From NCBI RefSeq assembly GCF_052425735.1, contig NC_135770.1:1054001-1118000 (forward strand): a stretch of 64,000 nucleotides of DNA. The letters are read 5' to 3'. The notes beneath the pieces are model-generated. The model saw only the letters and a list, made by a program, of their open reading frames with translations, had not been told where the DNA came from and ran no database searches. A program made the position numbers and the translations under genes. Origin of the DNA: Oculina patagonica. Taxonomy: Eukaryota. Shown piece by piece: positions 46,995-59,800 of the stretch. How positions within the stretch are numbered: the first letter of the stretch is position 1; every line of letters starts with the position of its first letter.

Positions 46995-49900
46995 ATGATC
47001 AAAAACTGGCATCTACTGCCCCTACTGTATTTGTGGGTGGCATGTGAAGATAAGTTGGTAAGTAACATTCATTCAATAGCCCCCTCCCCAAAAAAGAGAA
47101 AAATACCCCCCCCCCCCCCCATAAATTAAACTGGTTAGTCGGTTAAAACTTAGTGTAAAACTTTGCTGTATTGGTTCCAGAAGTATAAAGATTCCAACCT
47201 TGATATTTCTTTTTTTAAATATCTAGGTAGTGCTGAGCTGTTCTGACTGTACTGTCATTGACTCAGGAAGTAAGTAATGAGTTACATTTTAGCTTGTTTT
47301 AAAATAAAGAGGGTCTTAACAGGTAGGTGGCGTAACTTCGATGGAAAGCTGACGGCGTATTAAATTTTCTTGAGCCATTGAATTCTTATTGCTTAATGCT
47401 TATTAAAACGACAGTTTTTGCCACGTACAAGCGGTATTAAAGACTGTTTTGAAGTGAGCTGACAACAAACAAGCTCTATCTTTGTGTGCATAACGTCATC
47501 ACAGCAAATCCTTTCATGGTACACGATGTTGAAGGAAATACGTGGAAATGCTATGCAAAAAGAGATCTTTTGTCAGCTATGTACGTATAACTTACTTATG
47601 CGACAAAACATTGTAAGAATCTCTAAAGTATCCTATTCTTATGTTAAGGGACTGCGCAACACACGTACAAAAAATAACAGACAGATGGAGTTTGTTCACT
47701 AGGACCATAAATTAAACTATCCACCCCTCCCTGGTGCATGGGTAGAGTCATTGCTGTCGAGTAAAACAATGACCAAATAAAAGAAAACAATAACAAGAGG
47801 CAACACCCCGGCTCGAATCCATACTTTATTTTTTCTGTTTTTATATATTTCTAATTTGTGTTCAAACGTAGCTGCAAGTGGTTTCGTGTGCGATGGTGAG
47901 ACAATCAACATGTGTCAGAAGCATCTTACCTCGTGGAAAGTAGCTCGCATCGGTGGAGATACTTTGCAGTTGTATAGATGTGAAGGACGACAACTGCAAG
48001 TTGGTGACAGACTGTTACTGTTTGTCAGCCGAGCAAAGTTATACAACTACGGCAAGTACGAACTGGTGTCCGTGAAGGGAATTACTGCAATGCCTGACAA
48101 AAAATGGTGAGGATGATTGTGTCCTTTGTTTCCTTGCTCGTTCAAGTTTATGGACCCTTAAAGGGACTGTGTCACGGCTAAGTTAATCTTATGTTGTTAA
48201 ATCTTGCCAAATATTCGCTATGAAACTAAATGTTTGCAAAGAAATTAATTCTTTGATACTAAATGACAAAACCATAGCTTCCTTGCAGCTAAATGTGTCT
48301 CCCGGGCGTCATAAATTAAAGTTACAAGCAGACAAGATTAACTTTGAAAACTGTTCCGCCGGACCATATTTCAAAAGCCCACATCGCAATCCGTTTCAAT
48401 CTTCGAAACTTTTGGCCATCCGTACCTTCTTTTGCATTTGGTGTGTTATTTAAATATTCCTTTACTGTTTTAAGAGGTTATTTTATACATTTAAACAAAT
48501 TTGATGGTCATTTCCAATGCCTAAGTTTGGCTAAAATCCGTGGCACGGTCCCTTTAATGTACTCTCTTCAGAATAAAAATTGTTTAATAACATTGTTTGT
48601 GAAGACATATTTCTTTTTTATGCTTTCAGGTCCAGCGTCTGCCAAATTACCCTACATGAACCCATTTCCATGTCTCTCGAAGAAGACGACCACACTTGTT
48701 TGATCGCCCAAAGATTTCCCACGTTTAATCGAGTATCCTTGCGTAACAAATGTGTCCTGACATGCGATGAGCAGAAAGATGGCCTGGGAGGAATTCTGGG
48801 TTTTGGTGCTAATAGTTTACTTATTGACGAGACATCCAAAATAGACATGTCTGGTAAAGGTAGGAGCAAAAAAATATTTTTTTATCTTTGTTAAGAAGGA
48901 TAGCTACCTCCATGGTCAAAAGCGTAGAGACTGAACAAATCTCGTTTACAACATTTTGCCCCTCCCCATCCCTATTGCAGTTAATGTTGTCAGAAAGCAT
49001 TTAAATGACACATGAGTGCGTTTTAACATTTTCCAACATTGAAAGAGGGAACAGGGGTACTGACACGTATTTAACAGTTGTTACGATCGTAACTTCAGGT
49101 TATTAAAAGTTTTTCAACAAAATATATTCACGGTTGTAGCTTTGTAATTTATGACAAGATTTAACATTAAAGTTTCGTCACATACATGCGTAAGAGTTGT
49201 CAGTTAGAACCAGGAGCCGATTATGGCTCCTGTTAGAACCCAATCAGAAAGACTTCTATTTTAATTTTCAGGATTTGCTGGTGGTGACGGAGGCGACAAA
49301 CGGGGAGGTGGAGGGTATGGCGGCGAAACATTCATTTGCCCTCAGCAGCAATCAACTATGGGTAAAGGTGGGGACATTAACGCGCCCTGGGCAAAGAACA
49401 AGGATGGAATCGCAGGGGGAGGGGCTGGGGATGGACCAAGTACACGAACAGGTCAGTAGCAGCGGATTAAAAGGAAACCCTCTTTTGTGCAAGGCGCGGT
49501 GATCTATAATGGTTAGTGCGCTGAACTCCGGATCGAGCGGTCCGATTTCGAACCCTGGCCGGGGGCACTGTGTTGTGTTCTTGGGCAAAACACTTTACTC
49601 CGTAGTGCCTCTCTTCATCCGGGTGTAAAAATGGTACCGGTGAATTTAATGCTGAGGGTATCGGTAACCCTGCGATGGACTAGCCTTCCATCCAGGGGGG
49701 ATAGAAATACTCCTAGTCGCTTCATGCTGCTGAACGCTCAAACGCAGACTTTACCTTCATTACTGGAACAGTGATCAATACCATCAAAAGTGACGCATAT
49801 GAATGAATGAAGCAACGAACAAACGAACGAACGAAAGAACGAACGAAAGTACAAACGGAAATTGTTGAATTTTATTCAAGTGTGAAGGTTTACTCGAATA

Positions 49901-52900
49901 ATACTCTTGTTTGCAGTGGCTAGATGCAAATTCTTCACTGATCGAGGTGTCAAACCACACCCCCACGACAGTGAGCTTTCTGAATGCAGAAGCAATGCAT
50001 AAATACTATAATGCAGTTAAAAATATTAAATTCAGTCAATTTTCACTGTATACGTAAACGAAATTAGCCTCACACTTCAACTTTGGTAGATGACACAAAT
50101 CTCAGCCGTGATAATTATCGCTAACATGTATAGCCTCATCAAAACGTGTAAAATGTTTTGGCATCCCACTTTCAGGTTACAAAGGTGGTCCCGGTGGCTA
50201 CAATGCCGGTGGGGGTGGAGGAGATTCCACAGCAAACAGCGACGACGGAGCAGCCGGTGGGGGAGGTGGTGGACATTTCTCCGGTGGTGGAGGAGGGGGT
50301 GGAGGCAGTGGCTGTGGCGGCCAAGATGGAGGAAAAGGGGGAGTGGCTGGAAGCGTAAGCAATTCATTTTTTATCGCTATTTTAACTTTGGTGTAAGCTG
50401 TTTAACATACGCATGGTTCTCCATGGCCTCTTAAAAGGTTTATTTTTAATAAAAGGAGTCTCTGCGGTAAAAAAAATCGTTTGGAGCCTATTTTCAGCCT
50501 TCTCCTCTACTGAATCTTTAAATCCCGAGAGACGTCTTAATGAAACAACCGTTAGATTTGTCATGTGGCATCCCATTTTAGCTCATACTGTAAATGTTAA
50601 TCCACTGTCTTTTTTAAATTAACTTACGGACACAGAATTGTTATGAGAAATAGATGGGTTGGTGGCTTCGGCAGTGAATTTCAAATGCATTATTTATTAT
50701 TAACCAGCGAAATTCTAAATTTGTTGTCGTGTCCACAGTGACTTGAGAGGGGTGTTAAATGATAAACATTTTCAGGCATCAAACCAAACTCGTCTCCTTC
50801 CCTTCGCCTAGCAGTACCAGGCTTAGGGACGGACCATTATTTTTTGGAGGTGGGTTTGAAAAATATTGAAAAAATTGTTTGCAGGGCCTAGAAAGACAAA
50901 TTAAATTGTTTGCAAACTAGCAGGGCAAACAAGATATGTGTAACAAAAACATAGTTTCATTTCGAAAAAAAATGTTTGCAGGGGTGCGTAACCTAAAAAA
51001 ATGTTTGCAGAGGAAAATTTTTCATACCCCCCTCCAAGAAAATAATGGTCTGTCCCTTACTGTTAGTGTTTTCAAGTTGCAATTTCTGGAAAACCTTCGC
51101 TAAAACTTTTGAAGATATGCTTCATTCTTGTTATTAAAAATTCCGTGCGATCAGTGGTGATTATTTAAACAATTCTACCCAGTCTAAACATATACATGTC
51201 GTGTGTTTTAGATTGGTATGTACGCTGGGGGTGGTGGTCGGTCTTCGTGTCCAGGTAACCATGGTGGTAATGGAGGAAAAGCAGGAGGCGCGGCTGGATT
51301 GTGTTATGACAGCAGCGCAGCAGGTGGTAACGCGGGCTCAGCTAGTCGCGGAGGTGGAGGAGGTAGTTTAACAGGATATGATAGATACGTCGTAGACTTT
51401 CACCAATGATATTTGTTATTTGTTATTTTTATTGCTTCGTTTGTTTGTTTGTTTTTTGTATATTTGTGTTGCTGGAAAGCTTAAAGTATTAGTCCATTCT
51501 TTTTAACAATTTCTATTTGATATTTTATATTTTTAGAAATTGTATTTAGCAGGGCCCCTCTGGATACCAGCCACTGTGCTAAATGGGCAACCCTGCATAA
51601 ATAAAGTTCTACCTACCTACCTATTTTAAAGCACTGAAACTGTTTATTGTTAACACGAGCCCGAAAATTAATTCTGTCTATGGGCCTATCATGATTTATT
51701 TCTTTGAAAAGGTACTTTTACTTTAATTTGCTTTTAGGTGATTCTTGCGGTAATCATTTTGGTGGAGGTGGAGGAGGAGGTAAACAGTTTACTTTCAGCT
51801 TTGTGTTTTAATAAACTGATGCAAGATCCGTGGCAAGCGGTGCCTCTGGCTTCAAAAAGTTGTGTTTTTTCTAACCACATCATTCGAACGCGCATGAATA
51901 CGTGATTTTGAGATGACTAACGGTTGGTTTTTAGTGTTAAAATATGTCCATCGACACATTGTCGATGGATAATTAAAGCACTATTCCGGTCTTGTGACAT
52001 ACAAAGAGAATGCGAATAACACGTTTATTTGTCATCATTTTCTAGGCGGACTTCAATTTGGCAATACTGATTTCAAGTCACGACTGAGCTACGGTGGGGG
52101 TGGTGGAGGGGGTGGCGGCAGTGCATTTAGTGACGACCCCAACCCAGGAGGGAGAGGAGGAAATGGCGGCGGCCTGGTATATCTGCAGCTTGATGAACTG
52201 ACGCTGAAAGGAACTATCGATGCAAATGGTATGACAATCGGCGACAAATTATCTTTTATAGCTATAACATGTAACTCTTTGATCTTACAGCTTTTAGTGT
52301 AACGTTATGAGTCAAGAAAATTTTTGCAGTCAATCTCTCAATCTCTCAATCAATCAATCAATCAGTCAATCAGCCATCAAACCAACCAACCAATCAAACA
52401 ACCAACCAACCAATCTAACAGGACCCGCCTCACTCAAACAATGTTGAGGCGGATATTATGTATTAGCCTGTGTGCAAGCTCTCTTAGGGGTGGAAGTGTT
52501 GCGTTACTTTGTTGTTTATTCCGCGTATTCCACAGGTCAACCAGGCCAGTGCTTGAACCAAAGGGCTCATAGATCAGCCCCTGGGGGGAGTGGTGCCGGT
52601 GGTAGTGTGGTCATCTTTACCAAGAAACTCAACGGAGTCCCGAGGGGTAAAATTTCTGCCTCCGGAGGGAGCCCCGTCAAATGTGCGCGTGGTACTGGTG
52701 GAGGTAAGATATACCGAGGTTAAAATAGAGCAAGTGAAATAAGAAGTATTAAACGCCCCTGACCTTAAGGAGAGTGAACCAATTATTTAAATCACAGTGA
52801 CAAAGATTTTTTTTTAACCTTTTTATTTTTCATTTTTTTCCATTTTTTTTTCAATGTTTAAAAAGCTGTAAAAGAAACTTGAAAAAATAAATTTCCTAAT

Positions 52901-53192
52901 GGTATTTAACACGCGAGTTAACGTTCTTCTTTTTCTTTTGTCCAAGTGGCTTTTAGGTTTTCGTACTTGGCGCCCCATAAAACTTTGAGGGTAACTTTAG
53001 TGGAGTTTATTGAATATTACTTTTCAGAACGCTTCAAGATTTTTCTCTGTTTCTGATGGGAAAATCCGCAGTTGGCAAATGTATGGTTAATGTTCATATT
53101 TTACTTTTTTTGTTTTAGGTGGAGGGGGAGGAGTTGGACGCTGGGTTGTGCAGGAGAATCGTACCGACCAAACCATTCTTCATCAAAGCTAA
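46995..53192 (+). CDS. Uncharacterised, probably secreted glycine-rich protein, ~515 aa, 11 coding exons
   Basis: Exons 46995-47057, 47227-47269, 47872-48106, 48630-48859, 49272-49451, 50176-50354, 51212-51362, 51738-51779, 52046-52228, 52536-52703 and 53119-53192 have compatible phases (1548 nt, no stops). The N-terminus MIKNWHLLPLLYLWVAC is hydrophobic. A possible 5' UTR exon ends at ~43694. Confidence 0.85.
48158..48557. mobile_element. TTAA-flanked MITE (Kolobok/piggyBac-like target)
   Basis: TTAA|AGGGACTGTGTCACGG ... CCGTGGCACGGTCCCT|TTAA. Confidence 0.75.
49492..49757 (+). mobile_element. tRNA-derived SINE
   Basis: tRNA-like head GGCGCGGTG..TAATGGTTAGTGCGCTG..TTCGAACCC, followed by a TGTTGTGTTCTTGGGCAA core. 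Matches the 24693-25000 copy. Confidence 0.8.
50825..51058. mobile_element. MITE (TTA-flanked)
   Basis: AGGGACGGACCATTATTTTTTGGAGG ... CCTCCAAGAAAATAATGGTCTGTCCCT. A right-end fragment also occurs at ~60520-60558. Confidence 0.75.
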
Positions 53193-53853
53193 AACACGTC
53201 ACCAGCTTGGAAAAAATTGGTTCATGATTGTTGCTTTAATAGGGTGCCAAACTGTAGGTGCTGGGTTAAGGATGCAAAGAGGTAGTTGAATGTACGCAAA
53301 AATAAAAATAAAATGGATTCCTTATTCCACCCAAGTTCTTCTTTTTTGATCGTAGAGATATTTTTGTTCTTTGCCAGGTTCTATCCAGTGAGGGGCCACT
53401 TCTTGAATGTCCCGGCCGGTTTTCCAAATCCTTGCCCTGTTTCAGACCAAAGTACGTCATTTTCCATATCCATCACTCGAGCACGATGGAGAAGGGTTCA
53501 GGCAAGCTGTCTGCTAACTAAACTATCATTTTAAAGTCAAAAAAGTCAACTTACGCGAACATGTGGCTGACATTAACGAACCAACTGGCTACTCTAACTC
53601 CTTCAATTGGACATTTTGGACTTAATATTTTGGAAAATCTTTCGAAACTTAACTGAAATATCACAATAGAGACTTCAAACTGAAGAATAGCTCAGAAGAA
53701 ACACATAAACCTCTATAAGGGGCTTGAACAGACAAAGTTAGAAAATATAAAAACAGATTGCACTCAGCCGGTAAACTTTATATACATCGGCCAGACTTTT
53801 TTTTAGCTAATCTCGATTTGTGTAGCGGTGCGTATCACCCCTATTGACATGGA

Positions 53854-54947
53854 TGTTGAAGGCACAAGTGTAATAACTGGTCACAAATGTAATAAAGTCA
53901 CAAGTGTAATAACATTCGGTCACAAATGTAATAAATATTTCACACACAGGCACAAATGTGAATAGCAAATATCGTTAAAACTTATGTTGTCAGTCACCGT
54001 CGCTTTACATCTACACAACACTTATATTGGAGAGCTTGTCTAAATGGACAAATTAGTCATTTATAAGGTCGTTTTTACAATAAGATGCTTCAAACGTTCC
54101 AGGAAGGCCAAAAAACACCACATATGAATCAATTAACATTTCATTTTACTTTATTGAGATATTCACACATAGATGCGTTTAGATATGTAATTTTTAGTGC
54201 TTTATTCATCAGCCTCATATATTTTGATATATTTCTTTTGTTCGTCTTATGTCAACAATAAGAACAGTTGTCAATAAAAATTACTTCATCACCATTGAAT
54301 GATCTCGAGGAATTTTAAGAAGTCTATTTACATGTATCTAGTGACAGTCATTTTAGCATCAAACCCAACTTCAACAGCAGAAGTTATAATGCGACTATAT
54401 TAACTTTAATATCTTGATAGCAAATCTTGGCCAGTATAGTGTTATTCATTTCGTCTGTTGATGTATTTACGATATACTCGAACAAAACTCTAGCCATGGT
54501 TAAATGAAAGCCAGTCTACGCTGTCTGGCCATTTCTTGAATAAATCCCAGCTATGGCAAATCGACCATACTCCAATATATCTAGGCTTGGTGCCATCTAG
54601 GGGATTTTATTGCCTTAAATTACTTTATGGTTGAATGCAATTCCATTTGAATATGTTACTGTTTGAGAGCAGTGCTTTATCTGACGTGGTTCAACCGAAC
54701 CAATAATCAATATGTCCATTAAGACGAGCTCTCCAGTATAAATGTTGTGTACATGCAAAGTGATAGTTAATGACAACATAATTTCAATGACAGGTGCCGT
54801 TCACATTTGAGCCTAAGTGTGAAATATTTATTACATTTGTGACCGAATGTTTTTACACTTGTGACTTTATTACATTTGTGACCGAATGTTATTACACTTG
54901 TGACTTTATTACACTTGTGACCAGTTATTACACTTGTGCCTTCAACA
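53854..54947. mobile_element. Non-autonomous DNA transposon with TGTT...AACA ends and subterminal repeats
   Basis: TGTTGAAGGCACAAGTGTAATAACTGGTCACAA / TTGTGACCAGTTATTACACTTGTGCCTTCAACA, with GTCACAA(A/G)TGTAATAA repeats. Confidence 0.85.
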
Positions 54948-56864
54948 ACATGTAGCCTTTGTACATTTTGTTCTCATTCTCTTCTCAATTATGTGTTCTC
55001 TTCATTTTTGTGTGCTGTCAACATGAGGAAGATTTCGCAGATGTATTATTTTGTTTTTGCACAAAATACCTTACACCAATGCCCATCTTCTTATTTCCTA
55101 TCCCCACCCCAATTTCCACCAAAAAGAAAGACTCTCGTGGATAAGCCTAACTCGCAATTAATTTTATTAAGCTTTATTAGATATTTTTCCTCGATACACT
55201 AACGCGATAAACACACTGCACTGTGAATCAATTTCCATAAAAGTAAAAATACTGAATAATAAAATGTGCGAGTAATAACGACATTTCGGCTTATATCGTA
55301 CATGTGCTGATACAAACGGTCATAACTTTTGAAATACTGAAAACGTACATGTGATTATGCATATTTTAGCCGATAAAGGACTCACTTTTCGGCTGTGTAG
55401 AGTAAATTTATAGGCTGGGTCCCGAACTTGAAATATTCGCTTCTACTAATCAAGTGGTCATTATATCCTTGATTTCGATAAATCAAAAGAAAAATGAAAA
55501 ACGAAAAATGTTTATGACCAAATTGATAAAAAAATTGTCAGTGTTCGATGCGAATGAAATATTTGACAGCCGCTCGAAAAATACCTATTTTTCTAGTTTT
55601 CCAGACGTTGTGGCGGGCCTGAAGGGGCAAAATCTTTAATGGCTCCTAACACGGCCAGAAAATCATTTGGAATCAAACCAAATCTGTTTTAGTTCTAGCC
55701 TCGGTAGAGTCTTTCAGTTGCCAGAGTTACAGGCAAAATTATTTTTTGATATACGCGAATTTGAGTGGGTGTTTTTCAGAAAGACGGCCTCTTAATAGTA
55801 TCCTTCTGTCCTGCAAAATTTCTGTCTACTTAAAAAACACTCTTTTCCGTCACGCTTGTAACGTTTGGTTTTATATATACCCAAAAAAGCAAAAAATTCG
55901 CAAAAAATTGCGTTACATCCAATTCCCCCCATATTTGGAGAACAGGGAGGTTATAGATTTAGCCAATCACCTAGCGATTTTGGGCTAAGACACTTCAATG
56001 TGCCATACATGACGAATTTTTCATTTTCCACGTTTCGACCGTAAATATGGCGTCCGTGTCGAAGAGAGCGCGAGTCGAGTATGTCGATCCAGAAGACGTT
56101 CTAGACATGATTTTGGATGGCGATGAAGATCCCGGTGGTATTTCTAGTGGCTAGGAAAGCGATTTAGATCGCCAGCTCGAAAATCAGAGCGACGAATCAA
56201 GGTAAGCGATCAATAAACTTTCGAACACGAGGCTTCCCCAAAGTGACGCAGTTGACCACATGTTCTTGAAATGCGAGGATATGCTCTTGAGCATGCCTTT
56301 TTTACGTCTGAATTCTTGCCTATGTCATGAAAGATATCTATAAATTCATATATGGGAGTACACAGCTCAATAATTTTTGAGGAAAGCTTCTTTTTGAGCG
56401 ATATTTTGGTCCAACAAAAGGGGACGCGAAATTCGAGCCGATGCCAAAGTGATGTTGTGTTTCCATGGAGAGATGCGATGCGATGGTTGTATATAAAAAA
56501 TCATATCTAATTCTAGATTCTATCTTTTTCAGCCAGATTTTCAGGACGCTCTCCTGATATGATGAGGAACATTTTTTTTTTTTTTTAACAGTTCTGTACA
56601 ATAACCTATCATCCTGGAAGAATTTTATTTTTTCCACAAATGTCATGAATAATTATACAAATGTATGCTAATTAGGATTTTTTTTACTGAAATATTATGG
56701 GATGTCATGATGAGATTTTTTTTTTTGTAAGAAGACCATTTTATCCCCTTTCAATTGAGATATAGTAGTCCACATTGCTGTAAATACCTGTTAAGATATT
56801 AAATAAAATGTCCATTGTGGTCAATTTTGTGTTTTTTGTGACTGACGGAAATGAGGATAATACA

Positions 56865-59800
56865 AAGCATTTCTGAGCAAAAAAATAACAAACGAAGCTG
56901 CTATTTTGGTTCATGATTGAGTCTGAATGGCAAAGAAGGTGCCATCCCTGCATCATAAATTAATGTTGCAAATTCGAAATTGGATATCTGCCAAATTACT
57001 GCTTCTCTCGCACCGAATTACTTAAACTGTTACCTATCTTTTTGTTTATCTTGAAAAGCCGTCAAATAATTTGGAAGGCTAAAACAAAGCACAATACGTT
57101 TCGCCTAGTTAATTTTCTGCGCCTCTGTTTTTCGGCTCCTCTCAAAGCTTATTATTTAGTCCATTTCCTGCAGTGCGCAGCCTATTTAGGGTCAGTGGAA
57201 GGCATACTATCTTCTGTAATTAACCTGGCTTATGTTCACTTGGATTCATTATTAAGCTCAGTAATCTTTATTCTGGCTTGTCCAAAACATGAATGAACTA
57301 AAACACTGTTAAAACATGGCAATTATTTTACAACATTTTGCATTACAAAAAGGACTGATCAGTTATTAGTTTTGGAAAAACATGCTACTCGTGCCGACAT
57401 CGTATTCAGGAAATAACGATTTGCTATTATTTTCATGGTGCACCATTAAAATCAGTCGCTGTGGTTGACGATGGAGCTAGTGTCAGCAGGATTATTTAAA
57501 GATTGAACTGTTGGAACATGAATGTATTATATGAGCCCAAGCATTCGGCACAAAATTAAACAGCAGTTTCCCCAATCATGCAAGTCACTAGTCTACCAAG
57601 AAAGTTATTTGATCGTAGTATACTAACCCTGACATTCGGCCTTCAGATTCAGGGTCATACTTGAATTGACATATGCGGCAGTTTGTTTTAAAGTAAGAAA
57701 ATATAAGACACGTGTATTGTAAATACCGTTGAGTTTAACATGCAGAACAACTGCGTGACAAAAGGGAGAAAGTGCGTAGTGGAGGGAAGAGGAGAGTGCT
57801 TTTAACTTGTTTTGATACTGAAGAACCGGGAAGGAAGTAAGAAGCCGGAAACTTGAGAGAGTGGCTGTGGGAAAAGGAATCAGATTTTACTACTTAAAAC
57901 TGTGTTGACTTTTTGCGCATTTTGTTGTTTCCTTATAAAAGAAAATTACACGTGGCTTTACAAAATAATAACAAAGTCATTTTATAGCCAGTGACTAAGG
58001 AGCGGTAAAACACCTGTTCCGCAGAGTTTGTAAATTGTACGTTGAATCACATACAAACTTAAGATTTGAATAAAATATTATTAGCAAGTTTCAGGTCGAC
58101 TGAATTGCCTATATGCAAAACCAGTGTCCAAAGAACAGTTTAAAACGTAAATTGAATCAAATACAAAGCAGTTTTTAATAAATATTATTTAGAAGTTTCA
58201 GGGCACCGAAACTTCCAATGCATGTCTGTATATATAACTGTTTAGAGAGAAACGAAATGGTTTACCTGGTTTATTCAAATTCAAATAATTTGTGACAATT
58301 TAGTACTAGTACTAATCGTATTTCGCGTTTTGATTATCCGCTACTAGCATGTCATGTCGTTATCCATTCGACCAAGTATCAATACTAGTGGAGAGTCTCG
58401 ATTTCAGTTGGTTGTTTTTACGAACTAAATTTGACTCGGTTTGGCCTGATTACACGGCCTGGTGTGCTCAAAAGCATCTAAGAAGATTCCTGAGACTTTG
58501 GCGATAATTTTCACTAAAAAGAAAGCAGATGAAAGGATTTATAGCACAATTTGCGTGAGCCACAAAAGCGATAACTAACCTGAAATATTGGAAATCACAA
58601 GACCATATGTCCGATACTAAGAGGATCAGAGTCATCCCGATACAGTAGGGAACCCAACATACTGCAAAGCCTATCACAATAGCAATGGCCATCTTCAGCA
58701 CATTTCGTTCCCTTTTCACGCGTTGCTGCCTTCCGTTGGCCGATTGCTCGCCTGGAATGGTCTGTGATTTGAGCTTTAAATAAATGATAATGTAAAGTAT
58801 GGCTATCAAAATTAAAGGGGAATAAATGAATACAACAAATAGTGCTAACATATAATTTGCATAAGACGAGGAGTCTCCAAAGACTTCATTCCACTGCGCT
58901 ACACACACTAGCTCTCCTTGATATTCAACAAGTCTGTAGGAGAAGAGATAAGGGAAGATGGTAGCCATCCCGACGATCCAAGTGGCGAGAATGAAGAAGG
59001 GGCACAGCTTTGAACCGATGAGTGGGGAACGGAGGGGAAATACCACAGCACCAAATCGATCCACTGCTATCAGTACAAGGCTCTGAATAGACACAGTAGC
59101 GGAGAGATTACTTAAGAAGGGAAGCAGCTTACATAAGGCCTGGCCAAGAGGACCACTGATCAGCCAGGAATCGATGTACAGCTCTGTTACATCACGCGGG
59201 AACAGGAAAATCGGAAACAGCAGATCGGACATGGCCATGTTTACGATTAAAAAGTTGATGGTTTTTCTCATGGTTTTCGTCTTGTAGACAACTATTCCGA
59301 TGAAGATGTTCCCAGCCAGCGAGACGACAAAGATGAGGCAGTAAGCAAAGGTTTTTCCGATGTTTGCTGCTGTAGGATTGTAGCAGCTCGATGACTGTAT
59401 TAATGACTGTGTCCCATTCATCGTTGTGTTCAACATTGTGGACAGTAAATAGTAAAAGTTTGTAATGAAGTTATATCTCAGTCTTACACAGCAGTATATT
59501 TGGTTGTTTTCTTTAGAACCAAACGGCACCGTGACTCTGTTGATTTTGCTCACTTAAAGTAAAGTCATACAAGATCATACAAAGTTCGGGTGATTATTTT
59601 TGGACTGCTTTTGCCGATTATTGACCGCTGGCGATGACACCGGCATACAAAGAAAAACTATTAGCTATTTGTCGTATTCAGGCCCAACAATAAAAAATAA
59701 ACTAAAATAGACCACCTTGAAGATTGTCCAAAATTGAAGGTTCTCTCTTTAGAAGTAAATTCGTTTTTCTTGTCGAAGGAAAATAGAAACACTTAATTAC

